DNA from: Haplodiscus bocki
Taxonomy: Eukaryota
Assembly (NCBI GenBank): GCA_965655095.1
Contig: OZ296655.1
Location: 39,494,001 to 39,558,000, forward strand
DNA length: 64,000 nt
Reading direction: 5' to 3'
Shown here one piece after another: positions 25,165-38,053 of the stretch (position 1 is the stretch's first letter; every line of letters begins with the position of its first letter). The position numbers and the translations under genes were made by a program. The notes below the pieces were generated by a model. That model was not told the DNA's origin. It searched no databases and saw only the letters and a list, made by a program, of their open reading frames with translations.

Positions 25165-26409
25165 GTAAGGTTGTGGTGTTAAGTTTTCTCCAAAGTGATT
25201 GATGCTCCTATCTGTTTTAGCGTATTTAATGAAGTATTTATTCAATATTATTTGATGTGTGAGCACGAACCGATAGTCTTATCTGCCATTATTATTCTGT
25301 TAACCGTTATTATTCTATTAATTTTATATCTATTAACTGAGAAAAATTGTCTGTGAGAAGCAGACCAAGCTAATTCAAGTTTTTGCCAGACAGTAAATTT
25401 CTTCGATTTCTTGAACTAAAAGTCAGGAGCTACGAGACAGACATCCTTCTCAGTTGAACGGTGAGAATCATAGAGTTAGGCATATACTTCCCAGAAGAAC
25501 CCCACCGCCTCCAGAATTGAATCTCCCTTTTATTGATTTTGGAGTTATATTTTTTTGTAGATCTCGGCCCGTTCCCCGTCTCGTGAACAGTGGTACTACG
25601 GTTTAATCGAGTTGGAAGTTAAATTCCTAAAAATTCTACAATTAGCTTAGTCAAAAAAGAGAAAGAGCCCATTTCACGTAAACAGACTGATAATTAGAAA
25701 AAAAACAGGAATCAATTTCGAAAATTTCCCAAAAGATTTTGAATTATTCAACATCCACTCGGAAATAAATTCAATTGCTTCTCATCTACCCAAAAGTGAA
25801 AGAAAGTAAACAGAGACGTTCAACCGCGGGGTAAGGAAAATCAATGGAATGCCTGACATCCACATCCGAGAGTTACCAAAAAGTAATCATGGAGAGCCAA
25901 TTGTACTCGCTCCAAGTTTCACACTCCTTCCGTTCTCCCGCTTATGCGTCATTCATTGCTGTGAAGTGTCCACTAAGAAGTGAAGAAAAAACAAAAAAAA
26001 CTAAGTGACCCATAAAAATGGTACACTTCGACGTTATGTTAAAACATAACATCGCGAGCAAAATGAGCAACAAAACGTACCCTTTTTAATGGGCCATTTG
26101 TTAGAAGCAATAGTACTTTATCTTTGCGTTTTATAAAGTGCTATTTTTCAAAATATTGTTCTGAGAAAGAGTAATGTCCGAGCAGGTCATAATATCAACG
26201 ATTCGAGAGAGACGATGCGGCAGATACTTGTGTCTAGTTGTCTTCTTTTGGGCAACCGCGCGATTGACAGCTGGTCTTGCAATTTCAAAAGTGTAAATAT
26301 CCTTATCACATTTCAGTATCAAATGATTTTCAGGATCACTGATTTTTTTGTTTTTTTCCTTATCTCAATTTGTACTCTTTTAATGTTGTGATTTTTGATC
26401 AGGTGCTTT

Positions 26410-26788
26410 TTTTTGTTCAGAAGGAGCTTACCTCTTACATCAGTGTTTTACAGTTGGATACTCCCATTAGCGTGGAATATAACGGTGTTGAGACTCCCAA
26501 ACATGCCACCTGACCAATCATAGATGACAAGGCATGAAAACATTAAAATTAATAAACATTATTTTTTTGAATGTTTTTCATGATTTTATATGTTACCTTC
26601 TTTTTGTTCAGAAGGAGCTTACCTCTTACATCAGTGTTTTACAGTTGGATACTCCCATTAGCGTGGAATATAACGGTGTTGAGACTCCCAAACATGCCAC
26701 CTGACCAATCATAGATGACAAGGCATGAAAACATTAAAATTAATAAACATTATTTTTTTGAATGTTTTTCATGATTTTATATGTTACC
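26410..26788. repeat. Exact tandem duplication, period 191 bp
   Basis: 26410-26597 repeats identically at 26601-26788. Confidence 0.95.
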
Positions 26789-28130
26789 AAACAGTTTTTG
26801 AATTATTTGATTTGATTCAAAAATATCTCTCCATGTCAAGTTCTTGTCTGCAGCATTGATATTTTTCAAGTTTCTTTTGTGATTTTTCCAAATTTCGCTG
26901 GGGTTTTCTAAGTTATAAAGTTCCTAAGTTTCATTTTGCAGCTGGAGTTAATATTTTTCGCCCATATTTATTATATGAAAGGAAAATCATGTACTCAAAG
27001 CGAACCTTTTTTAACGTTTTTGCCTATTTATAATGTCTAAGTGTCAGTGTCCGGCAAAATGATGACGAAAATGACGGTTCTGACCGTGAAATTTTTTATT
27101 CACCTAATTATAGAAATTTGCGGGAGAATGCGACTCAAATAGTAAAATTCCTCAAAACGTACCAAATATTTTTTTGGAAAGAAAACGATTGGTTTTTCAG
27201 AAAAAAAATTGAGCATTTTCAAATGTCTTTTCCACCTTAATTTTGAAAATTTTTTTTGCAACAAAATCCGAAAATTTTTAAATCTGGAAAAACTACAAAA
27301 TATATGAAGAACATTTTTGAAAACAAAGACGTTTTCATCCTTTTGAAAGGCATTTTCAACAAACTTGTATGGCGAAAAATATGCGTGGTAGCCTGCCGTC
27401 TTGTTTCACATGTAGATGACAAATTTTTAATTTTGTCAATTTTCAGCTTTAAATGTTTAGGTTAAGTTTATACTCAAAAAACCCAGCATCACTTATGAAC
27501 AAATATTAGCGTAACAGTCAAACGTTTCAATAAATTAACAAGAAATAATTACTCTGAAGTAATAGTAATGGAGCCAATAGAAGTGCGAGATATTTTCTTT
27601 TTCCACTGCATAGTGGCATAGTCTGAAAGCATGAGAAATCTTTTGATGCCGCTGTGGAAACTTTCAAAATACATGTGTGCTGATTATCTACATCACCTAT
27701 GTTTTCTAAATTATATTGACTGTACGTAACATACAAAATTATCGTGCAACTTCGAAAAAGATGTCTCCAAATTAGTATTCAGAACTAGCCATATTCCCAT
27801 CTTACCCATATTACTATAAGCTTGTCGCTACAGATTGTCTTTCAACTCTTTACAACCTGGTGAAAGATTGAGTTCCAAAAGTACTTCTTCGTAAAACTAC
27901 TGATTACCTAAAGATTAATTTCTCCAAGTAAGTTTGTAATTCGACCAGCTAAAAACTCGATATTTTACATTCTGCATTCAAGTTCATTCAAAACCTCATT
28001 GGTAGTTCAGAGAATTTCGAAGGTCAAAAGTGTCAAACAACTCAAGAAAAAACATTGAATTGTGAATGTTGGCATCACATGCATCCGAGTCCGTAGTTTA
28101 CAAAATTGGTTAGTTCTGAACTGTTTGCAG

Positions 28131-28278
28131 TGGTTGACAGGTTGGCCCAAAAGACATTAGATGTAAAATATGCACATTCCGACGACGACTTCTACTACAC
28201 TCTTGTCACAAACATGGAAGAGCAATGTTCCCTGGGCAAACTTGATCTGCCCGACGTAGAAGATCGCCAACAAGGAGC
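28131..28278 (+). CDS. Host PLAT-like gene, coding exon 2
   Basis: Acceptor TTTGCAG, donor GTACGT; phase 1 in, phase 2 out. VDRLAQKTLDVKYAHSDDDFYYTL..CSLGKLDLPDVEDRQQG resembles the PLAT pattern KTxDxxxAGTDxxVYxxL..LD..D.FE.G. Confidence 0.65.
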
Positions 28279-29589
28279 GTACGTTTGATTATTTGTCTGT
28301 CAACGCCTTTAGGTTTTTTATCTTTTCTGAGTATTCGTCACAATGTGTTTCCCGTTTCCTACTCATAGTCGACGCCTTATAATTAAGTAAAACTTACCGA
28401 TTATTACAGTGACAAGTTTTTTTCACTGTATATTCGATGAAAATGAAAAGTTGATTTCGTGCTCTCTCAAAGGAAGAGTGGTCTTTAAAAAGGCCACTTA
28501 CTACTCCTACCAAGTACAACCAGTACCGAAAATCACGTTTTTAAATACATAATTTCGAAATTTTGGCCCGAAATGTTTCTTGATACACATTTTTCTTACA
28601 CTTCATTTTTTTGCATTGGCGTGTAACATTAGTGACTGAAAATTTTCATGCCGTAAAGGTCGTATCAAAGAGTCCACCTATATTAAGTTTTCGCCACTGG
28701 GTGACGCAGTTTTTTGGAGAAAAAATGTGATTTTACCCATTTTTTGGTCGAGAAAGTCATACACAATGGAACCAGTTTTGAGAAATTCGAAGGTTCCAAA
28801 GCTGTTTTTGACAGACTTTTGATTGCAAAGATACTTGCAAAGAAATCAAAACTTTGATTATTTTTATGACTACTTTTTCAGACTACTTTTTGCAATCAAA
28901 AACTAAAATTTGGGCTCGTCCGATATGCACGGTGACACTTTTTCACATCGAAACACGTCATAAATTGTCTGGAACACGTTTTGCCAAGTTGTCCGTTTTC
29001 GCCAGTGTAATTGTGAGCAAAGTTTGCTGAAAACGCCATTTCCAGCCGCATCTTTACCAATTTTGAATTCACTGATATGAAAAAAAATTCAGAACATCGA
29101 ATTAAGGTGGAGAAATGTACTTTTTAAAATCAGACGTTCAGTGCTGAAAAAATCCAAGTGTTTCCAATATTCCTGAAATCTCAAATCTTTACGTCCCCCT
29201 CTTAAATTATTTGGAGGAAAATCATACTATGAGGACTTCTTTAAACCTTTGGAAACTCAAAATTGAGCTTGCGAGACTTGCAGCATGACTAGTTTTGACA
29301 CCAAAAAACGCTAGAAAACGTGACGTACGCGTTGTTGCAATTTTCACTGTTTTCTCCAGTGTTACAGTCACTAAAATTTGCTTAAAATGATATTATTGAC
29401 CAAAATTTTTTTCACCTACCAATCTAAACTTTTTGCTTCGAGTTCACTGACTAACTGGAATTCCATTTCTTTTGAGAAATCGCAGCGTCTGTGTAGAAAG
29501 AAATCATGCTTTTGTACTTTTCATGACCGAAAGTACGTAAACTTTTACAATTGTACCCGAAAATTATCGTGGGTACTACAGGTGTAATT

Positions 29590-32479
29590 AATTGTTTACT
29601 ATTGTTCTCACTAGCTAAAATCGCTGAGCAGTGTGTGCGACCATACGTCTTTTTTATCGTTTAAGAAAGTCTCAGAAGCTCACATTAGTGTTAGCTTTGT
29701 ATATTTGCCTTGCTAAACCGCGCGAACAAAATTGCGTAATTTCAACTAGCAAGGATTTGGTAAGCACAGAAAAAGTACAGAATGAGAGATGAACTATTTG
29801 ATGAACATACGAAAAAGGCAGTCAATCTAATAAATGCAAAGGTTCAAAAGATAATATAAAAATGCGGATGGGTGATACTATTAGGGCAGAGATTTGAGAA
29901 ATCGAATCAAAAACACTTCAACAACTGTCCGCCAAAGTCTATCCAATCAAGTCTGTAAGATATAATATCACATCCGAATAAACTGCAAAATATTCAAAAA
30001 CTTCTGCATATTATCAACTGTAATATAAAACAACCAAGTTATCCTCCAATTCGCAGAAACAAATCTTTCCTTTGTATGTTTATCCCGAAATTGAAGATAT
30101 CAACAGATTTTTTGCCAGTATCACGAATTCGGAACAAGCTAATTTATCACAAAGTCCTGAATTTTCTGAAATTTGTTTGAGAAATCTGGAATTCAAGGCA
30201 TCGCAACAATTGATAATACAAACACAAGCCTTTATATTAAATCAAAAATGTACCTAACTTTTGAATTACTCGCATGGATTAGGAAACAAAAATCGATAAA
30301 AATGATTCACAAATCTTTCCAAATGATGGAAATAAATATCAGATTTAGAGAACATGTTGAGGTATTGTTTTTTGACTACTTCGCTTTTGGCTAGCACCAC
30401 CAATATTACATTAGTTGTTTCTAACTCGGTTTCTGCCTTTCTGTTTCAATTCAGTTTTACTCTTATGTTTTATGTAATCAGTTTAGCTATGATTTTGGTA
30501 ACATACCATAAAAGCAGCAAACCTAGTCATTTTTTTTTGAATCCCTGTAGTGCAGGCCGTGACATAAGTCAAACGGTGTTTTAGAACGGGATATCACTTT
30601 TCATCTACAACTTTGCTGGCATGCTAAAGCAGTCGACCAAGTCAACTTTCTAAAGGTCCCCATTTTTTCAAGCGTTAAGGTATTTTAGCTTCTTCCAAAT
30701 GATTCAGTACTTGCGTGACAAAGTAATTGGTCGAAGGATCTTAGTTCTTCTTTTGTCCCATACCGTGACGTAGTTTTTGGTTTCATTGGAGGGATTCAAA
30801 CGGTTTTAGTTTTTTAGTTTTCAACTAAGACTAAGTTTCATTCGTTTTGAACGGTCACTGAGCTACTCTTCCTACTTTCGTTTTTTCTCAAACGCGGTAT
30901 TTCAGTCGCGAACTTGTTTGAGAGGCCTCTTTTCATAGGTTTCAAAGGACCAGTAAAGTGATAACTCACTGGGTTTTAAATGCAAAAATCAGTGAAGAAT
31001 TTCTAGCGAATTTTGCTCCACTCTAAATGAAAAAAAACTCACTGGTACCATCATTCAAATTGAAGAATTCGGTTGAAGTTTGGGTGACGATTAGTCGTGA
31101 AGATAGGATTTTTGCTCGTTGAGAAGTAATGAGGAGAAGATTCAAATAAAAAAGGTAAAATATTGGCGAGGAGGTCAGAAAGAGATCTGCCCTGTAAAAA
31201 AAGCAGGTGAATTGTAGCAAGCGAACGATTATAATGGATGTGCACTGGATTTTCATAACCGTTTAGTCAAGTGTCCATGCAATTTGATGTGAGACCCATT
31301 AAAATCATTTGGCGAGGAAATTGGGAGAAGGAAGAGCTTGGTTCTGGAGATGAAGAGTTTGCAGTTAAGACAAGATTTGTAATTGTGTCAAAATAAACTC
31401 GTTGAAATGATGAAGAATCTGTCTTGGATTAATTTCATCGACGACGATTTTGCCCTACAAAAATGACGAGGGGAAATTGGAAAAGCTTTTCGCTTCCGGG
31501 AAGCATGCTAGTTAACTTGAGAAAGCGAACGAAGATTATGAACGTGTACAAGGTGTTCACACCCGTTTTATGGCGCCATCGAGTGGTCGTCCCACAGGAG
31601 AGCGCTGCAGAAAACAATATCTTCATTAGGATCAATTAGTTGTTGTGAAGAGTTGAAGAACTGCGGTTTATAGAGTTATGGGGGTTTTGTACCTAAGTCA
31701 TAATTTGCTTTGGAAGAAATTCGATGATGATGACTTTGCGGTGGTGTCTGATTTTGACTCAGAAAAAATTTGAGAACTGAGAGCAAAGAGAAAATGATGT
31801 TTGCGGGTTTAGAAAAGGAGAAGAGAGGAAAAGTAAGAAAGGAGAAGAAAGCAAGTTGTTGACGGTAAGCTAGTTAGTGAAATTATGAACTTTTCCGTCG
31901 TGCCAAATGACTGAAAATGGCATCATTCTGCTTTTTCATGTCACCATCAGCAAAACAGCACATGCCAGGCATGTCAGACCTACTGACGAATAGGCTGAAA
32001 GTCGACTGTGCGCAAAATTGATAATTTATTTTTCATTCATTTTTGTCATCAATTTGTCCAATAATCACTTCAATTTGAAACTGTAGCCATATTGACAAAA
32101 AACATTCATTCGTCAACATTCGGTATCAAGTTCGATCCTCTCCGCCACCATAGAGTCGGAATTTAATTTCTTCTTTTAACCAACTTGGTGGCTTTTCCTG
32201 GGAGCTTTCAATTACAATTCTCGTGCTTTATCTCGCTGATGGTTAACTTGGGTATGGTTAGTAAGTTTTGTCTCCTTCGTAAACTTGGTTAACTTGTAAA
32301 TCAAGTTTTAAAATCAAATAAATAAACCAACTGCACTGATCTTTCCCAGTTTTCATCTAAAATTTGATAAATCATTCGTTTTTTCTTTTAGCCAGAGATC
32401 TCTTTAAGTTAGTTGCAACTTTCTTTTGTAAAAACTAAAAAACTGCAATTTTCTTTAGGGATGAGCGTTTGGCGTGACG
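29590..32479 (-). repeat. Element B 3' LTR
   Basis: Colinear with 48207-51072 (ATTGTTTACTATTGTTCTC.CTAGCTA at both 29591 and 48207; TCGATGATGATGACTTTGCGG at both ~31721 and ~50307); roughly 75% identity by eye. Confidence 0.9.
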
Positions 32480-32499
32480 CTATAACTCACCTCGATAGA

Positions 32500-33769
32500 A
32501 GAAAATGAAAACTGATTGGAGGGCTTTCAGGAAAAGGAGGAAATGGAGGTTTTTTGCCAGACGATTTCTGCACAATAGGGTCAGAAAAGGTTACTTCGAC
32601 TTAACAAACATCATTCACAATGTAGTCATCAGTTTCGCTGAAATATTTATAGAGTGGTATGTTTTCGTAAATGGCGACAGCAAAAAGCGCATCGTTTTTG
32701 AGGGAAAATGTTGGTCCTCTGAAGGGGGGCTCTCGTGTAGACTGAATCGTTTGCGTCCACGTTTTGTGTGCGTCTATCTGGTCCCTGATAATGAGATGGA
32801 CAACCTTGGGAAATGGCCCTCTTAAGGGGCCGTCATATTTTCCAGGGAAAATAGCTAAGGTGAGGGTTGCAAATTGGCCGGCTGTTGTATCAATTCCATA
32901 AGGGTGAAATGGGATGATCAAATTATACCCAGAGGGATGGGTGTGAAAAACTGGACTCCAGTAACCAAAAAAATTATCATCAATAGATTTAGGTTGGAGG
33001 TGAGTTGGTTTCGCTGAATCGAAGACAAATCTCACTGAGGTTTGTCTCCGCCATAAGATAGTATTCGGGAAACCAGCTTCCCGTTGACGAACCTTGTCAT
33101 ACGAAAAGGAGTAATTACTCTGTATGCCTGAGAGTAGGGACTGCCGACGCAAAACATCAACTCTTAATTGCTTCTGGAGGGCAATGAATTTGGAGAGTAG
33201 GTCTGGAAGTGCTGTTGACGGAAAGATTTGAGGATTTTAAGAAGATTGGCATGGACTAGAAAAGGAAAGCAAGGCAGACAATGTAGACAATTCGGAATTG
33301 CCTATTAGTATAGGTCAAGAAACGGATGCTCGGGGAAGCTCATGGATTTCAAGTACTGAAGGGCTCGCCACTGTGCCTTCACTTGGTGGGTCATTGGGTA
33401 GAGGTTTTGGATGGGTTCCAGCGTTCTGATTCGCAAGCAGGTTTTGTGTAAATCTGATATCTTTCGGAATTTGGAGAATTACAAGCTGTAAAGTCTGCCG
33501 TTCCAGCCATTTGGATTTAAGATCCAGATGAAAGTATGCAACTTTGAGCTGTACCGAAGGAAGATACTGTACCTGTTTGATGTGAGCTAATGGGAACTTC
33601 TGTATCAAAGCGGTAGAAGCTGCATTGACGATTCGGAGTATGTCCAAAGTTGGTTCAACTGGGTGTTCAAGGATTGAATTTGTTCTTCAAGTTGCGGAGA
33701 ACAGGAGCTAAGAGAAGCAGATGCCAAAGTATTCTTTGCTGGGGTTTCGAGTTTTTCTGAAGAATCCAT
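32500..33769 (-). pseudogene. TRAF-like accessory ORF: coiled coil + TRAF-C/MATH domain, no RING or zinc fingers
   Basis: ILWR..YWSPVFHTHPSGYNLII.FHPYG....GQFATLTLAIFPGKYDGPLRGPFPKVVHLIIRDQ..PFRGP..YIVND matches the TRAF-C consensus FIWK..SPAFYTxxxGYKMCLRxYxNGxG.GTHLSLF.VMxGxxDxLLxWPFxxKVTLxLLDQ..FQRP..YVxDD. Candidate ATG at 33769. Confidence 0.85.
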
Positions 33770-34495
33770 TTCCACAGGAGACTGAGGCCGACTAAAATCC
33801 TAAGGCTTGAAGCGTTGCTGCGGACAGAAAGTAAACCAAATGAGTCTTGTCATCGGGTCTGGTGAGCTGTAATAGCTCTTAGGGGCACAACACTTCGTTG
33901 AGAGAGTAAAGAACTGTTTCGTATAGTAAATTCTTGTCGCGTACTATCCCAATATGCAATTTCCCGTGAGAAAAAGTATGGTTTGAGTTTATAAGGCAAA
34001 TGACGATTGAATCGAGCCTTCTTAGTTTCTTGGCCCGACAGGGAAAATGCTCGCGTCGGTGTTGTTTGTGGAGTGCCACTGATTCGGCGTGATGTTGAAA
34101 TTTAGTGTGTCTGGGACAAGAGACAAGAGGTGGAACGTCTCGTCTCCAGGTAATAAATTGTTGGAGTGGCTCGTTTTCAGATTCGGACTATACTTGTGAA
34201 AAAGGGTTGAGATTTTGATGAGTACATTGATGCTGGGAGAAGCTGGCGGTGAATTGGTTAATGATCTCGCTTCAGGGTTAGGTTGTTCGTTGTTTGGTTC
34301 AGGGTCTAAAGGTTTTTGAGAAATGGAATGGGGGACAAAATGAAAAATAGGTGTCGTATTCCGTCCAAAGACGTTGGGGTGAAATGCTCTATTTTTAGAT
34401 CGGGATCTCTGGGCATAGAAATAATTTCGCTGCTGTCCAAAGAGGAATAGACTTAAAAGATTCTAGCTAAAAAGATTCACAACAATAGAAGAACA

Positions 34496-36652
34496 TTAAA
34501 GAGGTGATACAGGAAGGGTAGAAAAAACCAACGCAGCAGGATTACCAACCGGGTAGAGGTACTCTTCTTTTTTCTTATCTTCATCTCGAATTTCAGTAAA
34601 TTCAATACTTACTCTGAGTTGCATGTTTTGAGATTCGGCGGAAGCCAAACCAGTTGCTTGAGGATTATACTTTGAAATCGTAATAAACGTCGTGAAAGTA
34701 TTGTATGAGGTGGTCATTAGGGTCCTACCCAACCCAAGTGAATCACCAGCCATCCTGTTTCTTTCAACTTGCCTTAGTTTCATGACTATGAAGTCTATTC
34801 AGAGCTCTAGTAACGGGAAGACCGTGAATCCAATTCCACAGTGTTCAAGGATGTAAGTAACTGCCCAAAGGTATCCGTAAAGCGTATTTTGAAAAATCAC
34901 GGGGTCATCAATTCCTTAACGTAGAACTTGGTTCTTGGGGTGTAATAGTGGAGCCCGTCAGACCCCTCCTGATGAGTAGACAACACAACGAGGTTCTATG
35001 AGAACTTCTTTAAAGCAGTTCTGGAATCCGTTATAATAAGGATGTTGTCCCAGAAACCGCGAAGTTACCTTCTTGTAAATATGGAACCTCTTGAGCATTG
35101 AGGGACTGTGCAGTCATAGGTGTGAGATTTTAGGCCCAAAAACAGCGGATTTATCCTGATGTACTATACCAGTAGTGGGAGTGTACCAAGAGTCTTCCTG
35201 GTTTGGGTCAAGTTGAAAAAGATTCTTGATTCTATCGGAACAGTTCTGCGTAACAGCTTCAAAATAAGTTTGTCGTGTGATAGGATCAACATATTGAATT
35301 TCACTTTCGTAAAGTATGGGCATTCTGTCATAACACTGACTCAACGTAACAAACGGTGAGTGAAAAACCGGGCAATGATTCAGCCAGGCTAGTCTGCCGT
35401 CTGTTTCAGGAACATTGGTCGTTTCCTGTGAGAAGACAGCTCGCTATTTGAGTACTTTCAAAGGCCAGCATTAAGTTACTGAGGATTTGTGAACGTTCTT
35501 GTTCCCATTGCTTTTGTAGCAACTGTATTTCAGTTGCCTGAACAAGAAGTGAACTTTAGAAGAAATAGTTTATCTTCAATTCAAGGTGCTTTTCGTAATC
35601 TACGTTCAAATAGTTGTCTCGGTCTTCTGTTTGCTGGAACTGCGTTCCCTCAAGCTTGGGGTTATCTGCATACAGTTGGCCCAAGTCAGTTTTTCCCTGT
35701 CGCCCCAGGTTTTGAGGAACAATAAATTTAGTCGCACCATTCTTCTCTCCACCGAGATTTTTCCACAGCTCAATATGGAAACCCTCACTTTGTCGCATTA
35801 TGGAGGGAGAGAGAGATTCATAGCTTGTTGGGTAAGAAAGTGTGCGTTTCTCACAAAGTTTTTGAGGGTTGTTCATAATACGGAACACAAATTTCGATGT
35901 AGAGTCGGTTCCTCTAAAAAGCTCGTACTTTTTGTTTTGTTTAACCAAGTTGACGTCTTCTGTTCGAAAAATTGAGAATAAATATTTGTCCGGGTAATCC
36001 CAGATGTGAGCATAAGGTTCAAGTAAAGTTGTTCCGCAACCAAGCTCTTCTAAAGCAAAGTAGTAATAATCCAATACCGGATAGCACTTTTTCCGTTTCC
36101 GATCGTGACTTTTGGAGTTTTTTTTCATAAGTGGATAAAGAAGGTATCTTGAGAAATGACGCTTTTTGTTTAAAAGTGGCTTCTGTTGGAGCCGGTTGTG
36201 TCACCGGAAAGTTTAACGACAGGGGTCTTCTTGGTATACCATTCAAAACCAATCCAGAGGCCTTGTGAGTTGATGCTGGCTACTTTTGCAAGAGTTCGGC
36301 AGTGTTCTGGCAAAATAATCAAATCACTGGTTATTCCGGCAAAAGTGTGGTCAATGCTGCTTTGATCAAGGTGTCCACAAGGCCTTTTTTTGTTGGCGCT
36401 GGATGTCGCGTCTAGCTTTTCTCTGACATATTTGGTGTAAAGCGTAAGTTAGGCTTTCCTAACTTCTACTGTTTCTGGTGTAACATAACACGATCCTACT
36501 TGGTTTACAGCATGAAGACAATTTTCTGTTTTTGAGCTGCAATCAAAAAGAGATACTTTAAGAAGTGGAGCAACCTGATCTGAATTTGTATTTATATTGT
36601 GAGTTACCTTGGTACAAAACACGAGTAAATGAAGGAGGAGTAGCTTCATCAC
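34496..36652 (-). pseudogene. env: env-like class III glycoprotein (chuvirus/herpes gB-like), frameshifted
   Basis: Signal peptide MMKLLLLHLLVFC; SLFDC..VNQVGSC; GCGTTLLEPYAHIWDYPD; CYDRMPILYESEIQYVDPITRQTY..QNC; C-terminal hydrophobic helices near 34900-34680. The pattern resembles chuvirus-like glycoproteins (YDC..SLxxVxxC; CYxELPV..FxxPxTR..C). Confidence 0.7.
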
Positions 36653-36925
36653 TAACTACTCAGTGGAGATTTCTATCAATTTTTTACAGAAATAGCTATC
36701 AAAAACGCCCTAAATTAAAACCGGCGTTCTCCTGCACTCGTACATTGTGAAGGCAGAAAATTTGAACTAGAAACTAGGTTACTGCGAGAACGACGTTGAA
36801 ACTTTTATAAAGGGCGTTGGACTAAAATCAGTTCCGGTGAAAGGGGATGGCGGTCAAAAACCAAAACGTCAAAATGAAAAGGTGCCGAGTAAAAAAAGCT
36901 GACCTCTACCAGTTGGATTAGACGG

Positions 36926-37402
36926 TTAGAGTAAATGCAAAATGGGCATTCTTTTTAGCCCCTTCTTGAGTAGGTGTTGCTGCTCAGGCTGAAACTTCTT
37001 CAGACTACGTGACCGTCTGATAAATTTCTTGTTCGTCCCAGTCCAAAATTGAATTTTAAATGTCATAAAGATAAACGACAGCGTGTAGGATGTTGAGTTC
37101 TGACACCCGTGAATTGCACCAAAGTTAGTGTCCATAAAAATTAGAAGATCGTCCAAGCTTTGATTTTCCCCTTTGTCCAGTATTTTGGAGATCTCCAGCG
37201 TCACAATGGAGTTTGCGAACTATTCTGTTTTGATTGTTGGGTGGATCAGTATTACATCGAATAGATTCTCAGCAACCCCTATTCTGACGTGAAAGGTGCT
37301 TGCGTCAGGAATACAAAACTGGTAGATTTTGAAAGTTTTCCTTGTAGTAAAATTGTGCCCACTTGCAGTTGCGATCAGCTCACAAAAATTCTTTGTTGTC
37401 AC
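36926..37402 (-). pseudogene. Orphan ORF between the integrase-side orphan and env
   Basis: Two adjacent minus-strand ORF fragments (37220-37402, 36926-37204) in the element's sense direction; no recognisable domain. Confidence 0.35.
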
Positions 37403-38053
37403 CAGGGCGTCGTAAAATGGCTTTAACGAGGGTCACTCGAGGTTTTCCGTTCCGCCTAATTATATGGTCCGGTGGAGGGTTATGAGTATTGATTTGATTA
37501 AAGGATGGTGACTAAATTTTGGGGGCACACAAAGGTTTTATTTTTGTCATTTCTGACGAATTGAGTTTTCTTTATAAAACTCTCGTTCTTGTGTCCAGTG
37601 TTAATGCCACGATGACTTGGAGTTTTTTGTCGATTCGAAGCCAGATGAGTGTCATCTAAACGATGAGCTCCCGTTTCCAAAAATAATGTTGCTAGTTATG
37701 TAGTTATCTGCAGAAAGTAGACTGCGTAGGTGATAGTAATTAAGAGACTCGGGATAGCACTTGTAATTTTATTCCACTCCCGTTTCTGTTTTCGTGTGAA
37801 TAAGAATTGTTTTTCAATCGGATTTTGTTTCATTTGTTTTCACTCTCGGCAAATCTCCGTCAATTTCCACGTATTTTGAATCATAGCAGGGCTGAGAATC
37901 AAATCATCGGGCTATTTCATTTCTAGGACGATAGGGTAAGTTGTATGTAATATGTAAAATAAATAGTCTTAATTAGAACTAGGTTCTAGGATTAAATATG
38001 CTAGAGAATACATAGGAAACAAAAATGTTGCTGCAATGTCTTCTCCTGGAGAT

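Noticed and set aside
26432-26509. 78-nt minus-strand exon-like segment (AG...GTAAG)
   Set aside because: It has stop codons in all three frames and no partner exons were found.
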